In this document: positions 63,900 through 64,000 of the stretch, piece by piece
Layout of the letters: the number at the start of each line of letters is the position of its first letter
How positions within the stretch are numbered: the stretch's first letter is position 1
NCBI GenBank assembly: GCA_973895155.1
Contig: OZ316893.1
Span: forward strand, 22,031,717-22,095,716
Direction: 5' to 3'
DNA: 64,000 nt
From: Marsupella aquatica
Taxonomy: Eukaryota > Plantae > Marchantiophyta
Position numbers and translations under genes: made by a program
The notes under the pieces: model-generated
What the model saw: the letters and a program-made list of their open reading frames with translations, nothing else
The model's database searches: none
Told to the model about the DNA's origin: nothing

Positions 63900-64000
63900 A
63901 GTCCACGCTGCAAATTGACTGGGGAGAATCCCCTCGCCGGGATTCATGCCGTCAAATAGCTCACCGGAAGGTGCTGTAGAGAGCCCATTTGAGAGAATCA

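Overview
This is eukaryotic, intron-containing, repeat-rich DNA from a land plant; a seed-free plant is plausible but is only inferred from gene content. Six host genes can be read: a 5-exon secreted PQQ-type beta-propeller protein, a 7-exon BCM1-like CAAX-protease-family protein, a 5-exon conserved uncharacterised membrane protein, an intronless A1 aspartic protease, an F-box protein with an FBA domain of the FBXO6/Fbs type, and an intronless class I SAM methyltransferase. The intergenic DNA holds a 2.7-kb foldback element with a TSD, several MITEs, a tRNA-type SINE, a CACTA transposase pseudogene, probable LINE remnants and many local tandem duplications. The most striking structure is a complete 10.4-kb Mutator-like element (46622-57060) with perfect 69-bp TIRs and a 10-bp TSD. 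Besides its decayed transposase it carries an intact RPA70 C-terminal-like zinc-ribbon OB-fold gene, a decayed multi-exon C2H2-like zinc-finger gene and an internal array of about five 139-bp repeats. All calls come from reading the sequence by eye; no searches were run.
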